DNA of 55,473 nt. It comes from a bacterium (GTDB taxonomy: Bacteria > Patescibacteriota > Patescibacteriia > Patescibacteriales > UBA12465). The position numbers and the translations under genes are program-made. The notes below the pieces were generated by a model. The model was given only the letters and a program-made list of their open reading frames with translations. It had not been told where the DNA came from and did not search any database. Positions 38,049-48,968 of this stretch are shown piece by piece (positions within the stretch are counted from its first letter, which is position 1; each line of letters begins with the position of its first letter). The stretch is from assembly GCA_021806615.1 (NCBI GenBank), contig JAJZRB010000007.1, forward strand, positions 1 to 55,473, read 5' to 3'.

Positions 38049-41000
38049 ATGCCAAACTTTTACGGAGGCTTGAAAAAATTTTTCAGTCTTAAGGAGGACA
38101 GCCGGAAGAAAGACGAGGCGGAAAAAAATAAGCTAGAAGAAGGACCTAGCCCGGAAGACGTAGCCCGGGAATTGGCGCTAGCCGAAGAAAAGATAAGAAA
38201 TCAAGAGCTTTCTCCCGATGCGAGCGGCGAACTGCCGGATGAGAAAAAACCGGCCGGCCAAAAAGTAGTCCAAGAGGCGGGTTCGGATCTGGCGGCCGCT
38301 AAAAAAGATTCTTTGCATAGTTTGGACCAGGCGGCTAAATTGACTTTCACCGCCGGCCTTGTTGACACTTCAGACATCATGCGCAGCCAAGCGCATCGCG
38401 CCGCTTCGGAGAAGATGACGGCAGACAAGAAGGAGTTGAGCGGTTTTAAAGGGATAGTCGCCAGGATCTGGAAATATAATTATGCCGAACAGTATTTGCA
38501 CGAGCAAGAACGCGTCAAGGCTAAGAAAAGGATATTAGCGGAAGGAAATGTCTATAGCAATGAAGGGCTGAGCGCGACTGAGAAAGCAGAAGCGAATAAA
38601 GCCTTCCAAGACGCGACCTTGACCAGGTTCACTTCGGAAATCAAGGGCTTAGTGGAAGAGAATCTGGGCGAGAAGCGCGAACAGCTGGCTGATACCGCGG
38701 CGGCTAAGGCGATCAAGTCCGACCTGAAGAAGATAATCAACGAATATGCCGATGGCCGGATAGACGAAGCGGGATTCGAGGGAGCAAAACGCGCCGTCTT
38801 TGAAAAAATACAGCAAAGCGGCGATCAGACGACGATCAAGCAGAGCGAAATGTTCGTCGATAATTTTCTGGCTATCGCCGATCAAGTCAAAGGGATCAAA
38901 GATAATATCCGCCAAGCCGCCGACCATCAGGAAAAATTAGCCGCCTTTGATTTCGATCTTAATCTCATCTTAGGCAAAGCGAAGGAAGGAATAAAGACGG
39001 AAACGCATTATAATCTAGCGGAAAAGACCGTAGAGAGATTGCGGCGCAGCAAATTAGGCAGCCTCATTAACGAGACGACTCTGGCGGCTTCGGTCGGCCT
39101 GGCTTACTCGGCCGGTTCCTTCTTATCCCAGCGCGTTTTACGTTCTAAAGCGATGGCAGTCGGAACTTTGGGCCTGGCCGTCGGCGTTTCCGGCGCTTAT
39201 TCTGGCATCAAGGAAAGCCAGATGCAGAAGAGGGAACGCCAAACCTTAGAAGCGCGCGCCGCTACAGGGGCCGTCGATCTCCAGGCAGAACAGCAGAAAT
39301 TAGGCCAGGAAATTACGGCCTTGAAAGAAGCCGAAAAGATGACGAGCGATAAGAAAGAATTAAGAAATATCAGCAATAGGCTAAAGAGCTTAGAGGGGGA
39401 ACGGAAGAAAATGGCTGAGCAGGAAAGCTTCCTATACCAGAAGAAGACCGCGCGGGAGCTCAGCGCTAATTTACAGCAGGCGCTTTATGAAGTCGATCCT
39501 AGCGGCCAAGCGAACGTTAAGAAATTTGATTCCGCCGCTGAGCTGGACGGCGTCCTGGACCAATTGGCGCAAATCGAGGCCCGTCTGGAGCTTTCTAATG
39601 AGAAAAAGATAGATCTGATAAGCTATTCCAGCTTAGCCAAAGTAGAAAGCGAACGCTTGGATTTGTTGCAAGCTAAATGGCAGGCTAAAGACAGGCTGCA
39701 ATCTTTGCCGGCTGATGTCAGCCGGGATTGGGAGAAACGCCTGAAGGATCTGACGAACCTCCATCGCCAAGTATTGCTGAAAAATGATGATGGCGGCATT
39801 GAAAGAAAAGATCAGCTTTTCAATAAATATAAAAACAAGGAGGTCCTCCGGAAAGTCGCGCAGAGCGCCGTCAGCGGCCTGACTATCGGCTTAGCGGCCC
39901 AGGAAGTTTTTGCCGCTTTCTCGGACAAACAGGAAGGCCTGGTAGAAAATATATTCAAAGGAGACAAGCGCATCCTAGGCGGGCGCGATACGGCGCTGGA
40001 AGCTTTACGCGGCTGGCTGACCGGCCATCACGCTGTCGGCGAGATGCATGAGGCGGCCATCGCTAACGGCTTAGTCAAACTGCCGGGAGATTGCAGCTGG
40101 CTGCATAATCCGGATGGCTCTTTCAATCTGGTGCGCGGCTCAGAAGTTTTGGCCGAACATTTGAAAGTAAATCCGGACGGCTCTTTGACCTCAGAGGCTA
40201 GGGATTTATTAGCGGCCGAGCATATCAATGTCGCCGCCAGCCAATATTTGATCGAACCGGGTCAAAATACCACGACCTTAACCCACCTCAGCCCTAATGA
40301 TTATATTGATAAGCATAGCGGAGATTTCAAGCAAGTCAGCCGCAGCTTATGGTATGCGAACGACACCCCGATGTATAAAGGGCCGGACGGCAAGCTGCAC
40401 GGAGCTGATTTGAATGAACTCAAGGAACAATGGGGCGGCGACCATGGCTCAGGCATCAATACTAAGACTAATTGCTATGAGATGACCGCTTTCAGGATGC
40501 GCCCGGACGGATCGTTTGAAACCGTAAACGGCACTAAACTGAATGAAAATGCCGCTGAATTGATCAAGGAAGGAAAAATGAGATTCCAGTTTTCTCTATC
40601 TGATGAAACCCAGAATCAGGTTATTGACCTGCCTGTCGATCCGGTCACCGGGAAAATAAGCGTTGAAAGGGGAAGCGAGCTCGGTAAGCTTTTATTCGGC
40701 GAGAAGAATAGCCACGGCGCCTTGCAGGCCGTCTTGAAAGCGAGATTCGCTGAAGTCGTGACTTCGGCCGGAGTCGGCCAGAATGGCGTGGAAAAAGTCC
40801 ATGTGTTTGCGACCGCTGTCGGCGAAGGGTTGAAAGACGCGACTGCCTCGGAAATAATCAATACGCCGCCGCAATTAGGGACGTCCACTATCCTCGATGT
40901 TCCGCGGGAATGGGATATCCCGCCAGTCATTCCAGTCGGTTGGCGGAAACCCCTGGGCAAGATACCGGGGGCCGGTTTTGAGTATAGCCTCTATCAGCCC

Positions 41001-43316
41001 GGTCCAGTGGATGAGAACCGCCTGAAAAAGATGGCGGAAAGACGTTCGGATACTTTGAATAGAGACCCGCGCGCCAAGCTTGACCACTACGAAGAGATTG
41101 AAAAATATTTTGCCAAGATGGATAAGGATTATCGGGAAAAGATCAAGGGTTTGGCGGCCGAAGCCGGAGCGATGAGCCCCGAGAACAAGGTCTCTATCTG
41201 CATCCCGGTAGCTGGCCATCAGGAAGGAGGCAGGATTTATGAATCATTGAAGAATTATACTTACCAGAAAGCCGAGCCGGAAGATTTTGAGATCTGCTTG
41301 ATGGTCAATCATCCGGATCACGATCAGGACGGGAAGGAGATCAAGCCTGATAAGACGCTGGCGGAGATAGAGCGCTTTAAAAAAGATTACCCGCAGATGA
41401 ATGTCAAAGTGATGTATAAAGTCATCCCTTATGAAGAGGTCAATATCGGCCTGGTGCGTAAGATGTTGAATGATGCCGTCCTTTATCGCCAGCATGAGCG
41501 AGGGAAAAAAGCTCCGGATTTGATCATGGTCAGTAACGATGCGGACAATCTGGGCATTGATCCGCGTTATGTCCAGAATTTCATCAAGAGATTCGCCGAT
41601 AATCCTAAACTGGACGGCGTACTCGGACAGTTAGATTGGGATCCGGAAGCCTATACTAAATATCCGTTGATCCATATTGGCACCCGTTTATTCCAATACT
41701 ATTCCGGCCTGGGGCGCAAGAATCGTGGCGGAATCGTTTCTAGCGGTGCCAATTTCGCTTTTAAATCAAGCATCTACGCCGGTATCGGCGGCTATTTAGA
41801 CGATGTCCAAGGAGGGGAAGATGTCGCTATCGGCCAGGCGATCTCTTTAGCCCGCGGCGATACTTATGAAACCCAGCGCCACGGCGGATCAGCTTCGCGG
41901 CTCTTCACTTCCGCCCGCCGGGCCATAGATGTCTTGAATAAATTCAATCTATCCCCGGTAGAACAGTGGGATAAAGGTTTCAGCGCTTTTGACGATGAGA
42001 TACGCAAGATGGACCTAAATAGCTTGGCCGGCGAGAAGATCGATTATCGCGATCCCAAATTTTTAGCGAAATTCAAGATCGGCTTGGAGCATATCATCAA
42101 TCAGACCCTGAATGTCTATGAGCGCGGGGAGAAATTAGGCAAAGGCCATAGGACCTATCGCGAGGAGATTATCGGACGTTTAGGCATCAAATATAAGCTT
42201 GACGATAAAGGTAATGTGGTGATTACCGATATGTCCAAATTAGTGAAGGGCTTGGAGACTTATCAGAAAGAAGGGATCCTGCAGCGCGACGCCCGATCCG
42301 GCAAGCTTAAGCCGGCGGAAAGATTGAAGAAGATGCGCGCGGCGCGCCAGAGCGTAGAGGCAGGAGGAGAAAAGCCCGCTCCAGAGGAAAGCGCCTTAGC
42401 CAAAGAAAATGACGCCTCCCTGAAGAAATTCTATGAAGAGGGGAAGAGGATAATAGACGTCAGTTTGACCGCGCCCGCCATTAAGGAAATCAAGGCCGGA
42501 GAAAAACAAAGCGATCTGGACGGCGAATATGTCCGGCGCGATAATGAAATAATCTCCGAAGGCGAAACCGGACGGGTCGTAGCCGGTTATGACAAGGCGA
42601 CGCAAGAGCCGGTGGTCATCAAGGAAAGTCCGAAAAGCAAGAAGAAGAAATTGGATCCGGAAAAGTATTTATTAGATCGCGGCTTCAGTGATCCTGCCCT
42701 GGCCTTGCCTCGCAAGAGGCTGGAACGAGGCCAGGAAATAATCAAAGTCTATCAGGCGGCGGAAACTGACCTGGAACATTATTTAGAGAGTTACCATAAG
42801 CTAGAGCCGAAAGCGGCCCTAGAAATAATCATCCGTCTAAGCGATGCCGCTCGTCAGCTGCACCGCCTAGATGTTGTCCATGGCGATATCGCGCCGAGCA
42901 ATGTCCTGTTATTTCCCGACGGCGCCAAGCTCGGGGATTTAGATGATTCTTATGTCCATGATTTCATAAAGACCGGCAATAGCGGCAATCGCTTCATCAT
43001 GGCGCCAGAGATGTTCGCCGGAGAAGGACAGAATAAGTTCGATAAGACTGTAGATATTTATGCCTTATCAGCCGATCTATACTATATGCTCGTCGGACGC
43101 TGGCCGCACCAGATCGAGGAAAAGGGATTGACCCCGGAAGCCAAACAGGAGAAATATAAAGAATTGCATGAGACGGAAGAAATAAGCTACCCGGATGATA
43201 TCCCGCCGGTTTTACGTCCTATCTTAGCCAGAGGCTTGGCTGTCAGCCCATCCGGACGATATCAGAGCATAGACTACCTGTTGAAAGATCTCCTGTCGGC
43301 TTATAACAGTCTTTAG
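38049..43316 (+). CDS. 1755-aa protein: coiled-coil/hydrophobic N-terminus, GT-A glycosyltransferase, C-terminal Ser/Thr kinase
   Basis: GT: VSICIPVAGHQE, NDAD, SGANFAF, GGEDV; kinase: SEGETGRV, VVIKE, HGDIAPSNVLL, APE, DIYAL. Confidence 0.85.
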   Translation: MPNFYGGLKKFFSLKEDSRKKDEAEKNKLEEGPSPEDVARELALAEEKIRNQELSPDASGELPDEKKPAGQKVVQEAGSDLAAAKKDSLHSLDQAAKLTFTAGLVDTSDIMRSQAHRAASEKMTADKKELSGFKGIVARIWKYNYAEQYLHEQERVKAKKRILAEGNVYSNEGLSATEKAEANKAFQDATLTRFTSEIKGLVEENLGEKREQLADTAAAKAIKSDLKKIINEYADGRIDEAGFEGAKRAVFEKIQQSGDQTTIKQSEMFVDNFLAIADQVKGIKDNIRQAADHQEKLAAFDFDLNLILGKAKEGIKTETHYNLAEKTVERLRRSKLGSLINETTLAASVGLAYSAGSFLSQRVLRSKAMAVGTLGLAVGVSGAYSGIKESQMQKRERQTLEARAATGAVDLQAEQQKLGQEITALKEAEKMTSDKKELRNISNRLKSLEGERKKMAEQESFLYQKKTARELSANLQQALYEVDPSGQANVKKFDSAAELDGVLDQLAQIEARLELSNEKKIDLISYSSLAKVESERLDLLQAKWQAKDRLQSLPADVSRDWEKRLKDLTNLHRQVLLKNDDGGIERKDQLFNKYKNKEVLRKVAQSAVSGLTIGLAAQEVFAAFSDKQEGLVENIFKGDKRILGGRDTALEALRGWLTGHHAVGEMHEAAIANGLVKLPGDCSWLHNPDGSFNLVRGSEVLAEHLKVNPDGSLTSEARDLLAAEHINVAASQYLIEPGQNTTTLTHLSPNDYIDKHSGDFKQVSRSLWYANDTPMYKGPDGKLHGADLNELKEQWGGDHGSGINTKTNCYEMTAFRMRPDGSFETVNGTKLNENAAELIKEGKMRFQFSLSDETQNQVIDLPVDPVTGKISVERGSELGKLLFGEKNSHGALQAVLKARFAEVVTSAGVGQNGVEKVHVFATAVGEGLKDATASEIINTPPQLGTSTILDVPREWDIPPVIPVGWRKPLGKIPGAGFEYSLYQPGPVDENRLKKMAERRSDTLNRDPRAKLDHYEEIEKYFAKMDKDYREKIKGLAAEAGAMSPENKVSICIPVAGHQEGGRIYESLKNYTYQKAEPEDFEICLMVNHPDHDQDGKEIKPDKTLAEIERFKKDYPQMNVKVMYKVIPYEEVNIGLVRKMLNDAVLYRQHERGKKAPDLIMVSNDADNLGIDPRYVQNFIKRFADNPKLDGVLGQLDWDPEAYTKYPLIHIGTRLFQYYSGLGRKNRGGIVSSGANFAFKSSIYAGIGGYLDDVQGGEDVAIGQAISLARGDTYETQRHGGSASRLFTSARRAIDVLNKFNLSPVEQWDKGFSAFDDEIRKMDLNSLAGEKIDYRDPKFLAKFKIGLEHIINQTLNVYERGEKLGKGHRTYREEIIGRLGIKYKLDDKGNVVITDMSKLVKGLETYQKEGILQRDARSGKLKPAERLKKMRAARQSVEAGGEKPAPEESALAKENDASLKKFYEEGKRIIDVSLTAPAIKEIKAGEKQSDLDGEYVRRDNEIISEGETGRVVAGYDKATQEPVVIKESPKSKKKKLDPEKYLLDRGFSDPALALPRKRLERGQEIIKVYQAAETDLEHYLESYHKLEPKAALEIIIRLSDAARQLHRLDVVHGDIAPSNVLLFPDGAKLGDLDDSYVHDFIKTGNSGNRFIMAPEMFAGEGQNKFDKTVDIYALSADLYYMLVGRWPHQIEEKGLTPEAKQEKYKELHETEEISYPDDIPPVLRPILARGLAVSPSGRYQSIDYLLKDLLSAYNSL

Positions 43317-43334
43317 TATTTTACGCGGCATATT

Positions 43335-43362
43335 AAAATCGGCTTAATCAGCCGATTTTTTG
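43335..43362 (+). terminator. Terminator after the giant gene
   Basis: AAAATCGGCT-taatc-AGCCGATTTT plus T-run. Confidence 0.8.
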
Positions 43363-43457
43363 TTATTTTCTTGCTTAAATCTCTAAAATAAGTTAAAATC
43401 TAGTGGTAAAATATCTAAGAATTTTTTAAAAAAACGAGTCTGATCGTTTAGTTTTTT

Positions 43458-45251
43458 ATGTTAAGAACTCATACTTGTGGTGAATTAAATTTATCTAATA
43501 TCGGCCAAAAAGTCGTTATATCCGGTTGGGTTAACAGTATCCGTAACCATGGCGGCCTGATTTTCGTTGATTTGCGCGACCGCTACGGCTTGACCCAGGT
43601 AAAATTCAACCAGTCCGATAATAAAGAAGCAGCCGCGATCGCCGAGAAATTACATGATGAATGGGTCGTCAAAGTGAAAGGCGAAGTTGAGGCTCGTCCG
43701 GCTGATATGGTCAACGCGAAGACAGCGACCGGCACCATAGAAGTTATCGCTTCTGAAATAGAAATTTTAGGCCAAGCTAAAGTCTTGCCTTTTGAAATCA
43801 ACGAGGAAAAGAACGCGGAGGCTAACGAAGCCTTGCGTCTGAAGTACCGCTTCATTGACTTGCGCCGGCCTAAATTACAGGAGATGTTGAGAGTCAAAGA
43901 TAAATTCATCTCTTATATCCGAGATTATTTCCATCAGCGGGATTTCGTAGAAGTCCAGACTCCGATACTAGCTAATTCTTCGCCGGAAGGCGCGCGTGAT
44001 TTCTTGGTACCCTCCCGCCTTTATCCCGGAAAATTTTATGCTCTGCCGCAAGCGCCCCAGCAGTTCAAGCAATTGCTCATGGTCGGCGGCGTAGATAAAT
44101 ATTTCCAGATCGCGCCCTGCTTCCGCGATGAAGATCCGCGGATGGATCGCCATTATGGCGAGTTCTATCAATTAGATATGGAAATGAGCTTCGTGGAACA
44201 GGAAGATGTCTTCGCCGTCATGGATCCGCTCATGATTGAATTGACGGAAAAATTCAGCTCCAAGAAGATTATTAATTTGCAGCCGGACGGACGTTTTCCG
44301 CGCTTATCCTGGCGGGAAGCGATGGATAGATACGGCTCTGATAAGCCGGACCTCCGTTTTGATCTGAGCATCAAAGATGTCAGCGACGCTGTCCGTGATT
44401 GCGGTTTTTCCGTCTTTACCGATACGCTGGATAATAAAGGCGTGGTTCACGCCCTGAAAATAGATGGTGGGGCTAAGTTCACGCGGAAAGAGATTGACGA
44501 GTATACGGAATTAGCGAAGAAACGGGGCGCGAAAGGTTTGGCTTACCTGAGCCTCAAGGAGGGGAGCATAAATTCCCCTTTTGCCAAATTCATGGCCCCG
44601 GAGAAATTACAAGCGATCGCTACCGCCTGTGAGGCGCGGGAAGGCGATCTGGTTTTTTTCGCGGCTGACGCTTGGCGGACGGTCTGCAATGTGCTGGGAG
44701 CGGTCAGGAACGAAGCCGCGAGCCGCTTGGGCCTGAAAGATAATGCCAAGGCCGCTTGGCTCTGGATTGTTGATTTTCCCATGTATGATTATTCGGAAAT
44801 AGAAGAGGGGCGGATTGATTTTGGCCATAATCCTTTTTCCATGCCCCAAGGCGGCTTGAAGGCTCTAGAAGAACAGGATCCTTTGGATATACTAGCTTAC
44901 CAGTATGACTTGGTCATTAACGGTTTTGAAGCTTCTAGCGGCGCCATACGCAATCATGATCCGGAAATAATGTATAAAGCGTTCGCTATCGCCGGCTATA
45001 GCCGGGAAGAAGTTGACCATAAATTCGGCGCCATGATCAACGCTTTTTCTTACGGCGCTCCGCCGCACGGCGGAAACGCGCCAGGCATTGATAGGATCTT
45101 GATGGTCCTTAATGACTGGGATTCTATCCGCGACATTTATGCTTTCCCGAAGGACGGGCAAGGCAGGGATCTGATGACCGATTCGCCGAGCGAGGTCAAT
45201 CCTAAGCAGCTGGATGAATTATATCTGGCCGTCAATCATCGTAAGAAATAA
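43458..45251 (+). CDS. aspS: Aspartate--tRNA ligase
   Basis: RTHTCGEL, PEGARDFLVPSR, CFRDED, YGAPPHGG. Confidence 0.97.
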   Translation: MLRTHTCGELNLSNIGQKVVISGWVNSIRNHGGLIFVDLRDRYGLTQVKFNQSDNKEAAAIAEKLHDEWVVKVKGEVEARPADMVNAKTATGTIEVIASEIEILGQAKVLPFEINEEKNAEANEALRLKYRFIDLRRPKLQEMLRVKDKFISYIRDYFHQRDFVEVQTPILANSSPEGARDFLVPSRLYPGKFYALPQAPQQFKQLLMVGGVDKYFQIAPCFRDEDPRMDRHYGEFYQLDMEMSFVEQEDVFAVMDPLMIELTEKFSSKKIINLQPDGRFPRLSWREAMDRYGSDKPDLRFDLSIKDVSDAVRDCGFSVFTDTLDNKGVVHALKIDGGAKFTRKEIDEYTELAKKRGAKGLAYLSLKEGSINSPFAKFMAPEKLQAIATACEAREGDLVFFAADAWRTVCNVLGAVRNEAASRLGLKDNAKAAWLWIVDFPMYDYSEIEEGRIDFGHNPFSMPQGGLKALEEQDPLDILAYQYDLVINGFEASSGAIRNHDPEIMYKAFAIAGYSREEVDHKFGAMINAFSYGAPPHGGNAPGIDRILMVLNDWDSIRDIYAFPKDGQGRDLMTDSPSEVNPKQLDELYLAVNHRKK

Positions 45252-45302
45252 CCTAGCGGATGATGCCGGTTGAAGCATTCCCGGCTAATAACCAATCAAT
45301 TT

Positions 45303-46691
45303 ATGCCCATAACCTTAATAAAATCTTTATTCCGTTCTGCCGAATATTTGAATCAGGAAGTGATTGTCGCCGGTTGGGTGCGCACCGCGCGCAGTTCCAA
45401 GGATTTCGGCTTCATTGAAATAAATGACGGCTCTTTTTTCAAGGGTTTGCAAATAGTTTTCGCTAGCGATTTAGAAAATTTCAGCGAAGTGGAAAAGATC
45501 AGCGTCGGATCGTCTTTAAGAGTAGAAGGGAAATTAGTCGAGTCTCCGGCTAGCGGCCAGGCCTTTGAATTGAAAGCGCGGAAGATAAGCATCCTCAACT
45601 TGGCGCCGGCCGATTATCCGCTCCAGAAAAAGAAGCATAGTTTTGAGTTCTTGCGGACGATCGCCCATTTACGCGGCCGCAGCAATACTTTTTCCGCCGT
45701 CTTTCGCCTCCGTTCCGCTTTGAGCTTCGCGATACATAAATTTTTTAATGAAGAAGGGTTTAGTTATATCCATACGCCGATAATCTCAACGAGCGACTGC
45801 GAAGGAGCGGGCGAGATGTTCCAGGTGACTACCCTGGACCTGTCTCATCCCGCTAAGGACGATAAAGGGGGAATAGACTATAGCGAAGATTTTTTCGGCA
45901 AGAAGGCAGGATTGACCGTCAGCGGACAGCTCAATGCCGAGGCGCTGGTCATGGGCTTGAATAAGGTCTATACTTTCGGCCCGACTTTCCGGGCGGAGAA
46001 TTCTAATACGACGCGGCACGCTTCGGAATTCTGGATGATGGAGCCGGAGATGGCTTTTTCTAACCTGGATGACGATATGGCGCTCGCGGAAAAGATGCTT
46101 AAGTATCTGATCGCCTATATCCTCCAGGAATTGCCGGAAGAGATGGAATTTTTTAATAAATTCATCGATCCGGGGATCAAGGAGCGCCTGCATAACATCC
46201 TGGATTCCGAATTCGCGCGGATAACTTATACGGAAGCGGTGGAAATCCTGGAAAAATCTGGCGAGAAATTCGTCTATCCGGTGAAATGGGGCATTGATCT
46301 GCAGACCGAACATGAGAAATATCTGACCGATAAGGTCTATAAAAAGCCGGTTTTTGTCACTGACTATCCTAAGGATATCAAGGCCTTCTATATGCGCCTG
46401 AATGAAGACGGGAAAACGGTCGCGGCCATGGATCTCCTGGCTCCGGGCATCGGGGAGATCATCGGCGGCAGCCAGCGCGAAGAACGCTTGGAATATCTGG
46501 AAAGACGGATGTCGGAGATGGGCCTCAAGAAAGAAGATTACGCCTGGTATCTGGATTTGCGCAAATATGGCTCGGTGCCGCACGCCGGTTTCGGCCTAGG
46601 CTTTGAGCGGCTCATAATGTACCTGTCCGGTATGGCCAATATCCGCGATGTGATTCCGTTCCCGCGGACGCCGAAGAACGCGGAGTTTTAA
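45303..46691 (+). CDS. asnS: Asparagine--tRNA ligase
   Basis: [37 protein letters not shown]. Confidence 0.97.
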   Translation: MPITLIKSLFRSAEYLNQEVIVAGWVRTARSSKDFGFIEINDGSFFKGLQIVFASDLENFSEVEKISVGSSLRVEGKLVESPASGQAFELKARKISILNLAPADYPLQKKKHSFEFLRTIAHLRGRSNTFSAVFRLRSALSFAIHKFFNEEGFSYIHTPIISTSDCEGAGEMFQVTTLDLSHPAKDDKGGIDYSEDFFGKKAGLTVSGQLNAEALVMGLNKVYTFGPTFRAENSNTTRHASEFWMMEPEMAFSNLDDDMALAEKMLKYLIAYILQELPEEMEFFNKFIDPGIKERLHNILDSEFARITYTEAVEILEKSGEKFVYPVKWGIDLQTEHEKYLTDKVYKKPVFVTDYPKDIKAFYMRLNEDGKTVAAMDLLAPGIGEIIGGSQREERLEYLERRMSEMGLKKEDYAWYLDLRKYGSVPHAGFGLGFERLIMYLSGMANIRDVIPFPRTPKNAEF

Positions 46692-46724
46692 TAATCAAGA
46701 CCCGCCATGGCGGGCACTAAATAT

Positions 46725-47651
46725 ATGACTAACAAACAGAACGCCAAGTATGCTTTCTATTATCTATTGTCGCTAGTCGCCTTGATCTTCATGTCCTTAT
46801 CGGTCGGCATGATCGTTTTTGCCATCATTAACAAGACGGTTGCCGATGCTCTCAATAATTTTTTAGGGAATTATGACAGCCAGCTGAAATTCGCGATTTC
46901 CGCGCTTATTATCGCCACGCCGATCTATTACCTTATTTCGCGCTTGATAAGCCAAGGCTTGCGCCGCGGAGATTTAGAAAAAGATTCCGGCATACGCCGC
47001 TGGCTGACTTATTTTATCCTGCTTATTTCCTCCCTGATCGTCCTGGGAAGCTTCATCAGCGTCATTAATGTTTTCTTGTCGGGCGAACTCACGAGCCGCT
47101 TCATTCTTAAAGCATTGACGGTCTTCGTGATTGCGGCCGCGGTTTTTTCTTTCTATTTCTATGACATCAAGCGGGAAAATATAGATAAGAAGGATAAGGT
47201 CGTGACGATTTTCTGGATCGCCTCCTTAGTCCTAGTGGCGGCCGCTTTCATAGCTTCTTGGTTTTTCGTAGAGTCGCCTAAAGTCGCGCGTGCCAGGCTA
47301 TTGGACCAGGCCTTAGTTAACAATATCTATAGTTTAGAGAGCGCCGTCAATAATTATTATGACCGTTATAAGAAGTTGCCGGATAGCCTGGAGGCCGTGA
47401 CTTCAGATAAAGGCATTTATCTCCACAGCCAATCCTTGATTGATCCGGAAACCAAGGTCCCGATCGTCTACAATAAGCTCGGCGAGCAGTCGTTCGAATT
47501 GTGCGCCACTTTCCGTTCGGATAGCGCGGCTACTGATGCCAACGGCCCGTCGCCGGCGGTTTATCCCGGCGATAAGAACCATCGCGCCGGCTATCAGTGC
47601 CTGCGCGGCAGCCTTTATGCGATACCGGCCGTTCCGGCTTTGAAACAATAA
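46725..47651 (+). CDS. Membrane protein (DUF5671-like) with C-terminal FELCATF domain
   Basis: Five TM segments, SGIRRWLTY motif, extracellular C-terminus with Cys pair. Confidence 0.75.
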   Translation: MTNKQNAKYAFYYLLSLVALIFMSLSVGMIVFAIINKTVADALNNFLGNYDSQLKFAISALIIATPIYYLISRLISQGLRRGDLEKDSGIRRWLTYFILLISSLIVLGSFISVINVFLSGELTSRFILKALTVFVIAAAVFSFYFYDIKRENIDKKDKVVTIFWIASLVLVAAAFIASWFFVESPKVARARLLDQALVNNIYSLESAVNNYYDRYKKLPDSLEAVTSDKGIYLHSQSLIDPETKVPIVYNKLGEQSFELCATFRSDSAATDANGPSPAVYPGDKNHRAGYQCLRGSLYAIPAVPALKQ

Positions 47652-47653
47652 TT

Positions 47654-48379
47654 ATGTTAGAATTCACGACAGAAAAATTTTCCGGCCCTTTGGGGCTGCT
47701 GCTCAGCTTAATAGAGAGCGAAGAGCTGGATATCACCGAGGTTTCATTGGCGAAGATCGCCGATGAATACGTGGCTTATATCCGAGCGGCTCAAAATATC
47801 AATCCGGAAGAGCTAGCCGATTTCTTGCTCATCGCTGCCAAGCTTCTGTTCATCAAGTCCAAAGCTCTCTTGCCGTATCTTTATGCCGGGGAAGAGGAAG
47901 AAGAAATGAACGATTTAGAGCGTCAGCTGAAGATGTACCAGGAATTCGTGGCCGCCAGCCAAAAGGTTAAAGAAATCATCGGCCGCCAGCAATGGCTGTA
48001 CTTGCCGCCGATAATCAACGCCAAGAACCGGCGCAGCCAGTTCAAGCTGCCTGTTTTTTCGCCTCCGGCTAAATTGACAGCCGCTCTCTTGCATGAGAAA
48101 TTATTGCTTATCTTAGCTGGACTAGAAAGACAGCGGGAGGAGAAATTGCCGGAAGCGACCTTGGAGCCGAAGATAAATATTGAAGAAAAGATAGCGGCGA
48201 TAAAGACCATGCTCTTGAATAAGATCAAATTTAATTTTTCCCAGCTTTTGCGCCGCGCGGCGACGAGGACCGAAGTCATCGTCAACTTCCTGGCCGTCTT
48301 AGAGCTGGCCAAGCAGAACCAATTATCCTTTGAGCAGGAAGAGCTGTTCAGCGAGATCCATATCAGCCATTTAGATTAA
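47654..48379 (+). CDS. scpA: Segregation/condensation protein A
   Basis: FSGPLGLLLSLI, LLFIKSKALLP, FLAVLEL. Confidence 0.93.
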   Translation: MLEFTTEKFSGPLGLLLSLIESEELDITEVSLAKIADEYVAYIRAAQNINPEELADFLLIAAKLLFIKSKALLPYLYAGEEEEEMNDLERQLKMYQEFVAASQKVKEIIGRQQWLYLPPIINAKNRRSQFKLPVFSPPAKLTAALLHEKLLLILAGLERQREEKLPEATLEPKINIEEKIAAIKTMLLNKIKFNFSQLLRRAATRTEVIVNFLAVLELAKQNQLSFEQEELFSEIHISHLD

Positions 48380-48407
48380 AAATTCGCTTCTTATAAATAG
48401 TATCCAT

Positions 48408-48956
48408 ATGCCCTTAAAATCACAATTAGAATCTTTGCTTTTCGTTTCCTTAAAACCTTTAGCCCTTAAAGAGCTGGCTAATCTGACACAAGCGAAAACC
48501 GCGGCCGTAGAAGAAGCTTTGGCCGAATTGGCGCGCGACTATGAAACTGGCGAGCGCGGGCTAGCTTTGATAAAGAATAACAGCCAGTATCAGATTACGA
48601 CCGCCGGCGATAATGCCGAGCTTATCAAAGGGTTTTTACAGGACGAAGCGAGCGGCGAATTATCGCAACCGAGCTTGGAGGCCCTGACGATAATCGCTTA
48701 TCGCGGTCCTTTGAGCAAGATTGACCTGGATAGGATCCGCGGCGTTAATTGCAGCTTGATTATCAGGAATCTGCTGCTGCGTGGCCTGATAGAGGAAAAA
48801 TTCGATAAGACGAAGAATGAAAATTATTATACGGTGACCCACGATTTCATACGTTTCCTGGGCTTGAGCTCAGTGGACGAGTTGCCGGATTACGGGAAGC
48901 TCCATCAGGCGGAGACGATTGACGCCGTCTTAGCGTCCGGCGAAGCGAACGTCTAA
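48408..48956 (+). CDS. scpB: Segregation/condensation protein B
   Basis: ESLLFVS, LEALTIIAY, IRGVN, FLGLSSVDELP. Confidence 0.94.
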   Translation: MPLKSQLESLLFVSLKPLALKELANLTQAKTAAVEEALAELARDYETGERGLALIKNNSQYQITTAGDNAELIKGFLQDEASGELSQPSLEALTIIAYRGPLSKIDLDRIRGVNCSLIIRNLLLRGLIEEKFDKTKNENYYTVTHDFIRFLGLSSVDELPDYGKLHQAETIDAVLASGEANV

Positions 48957-48968
48957 TTTTTTACCCTC

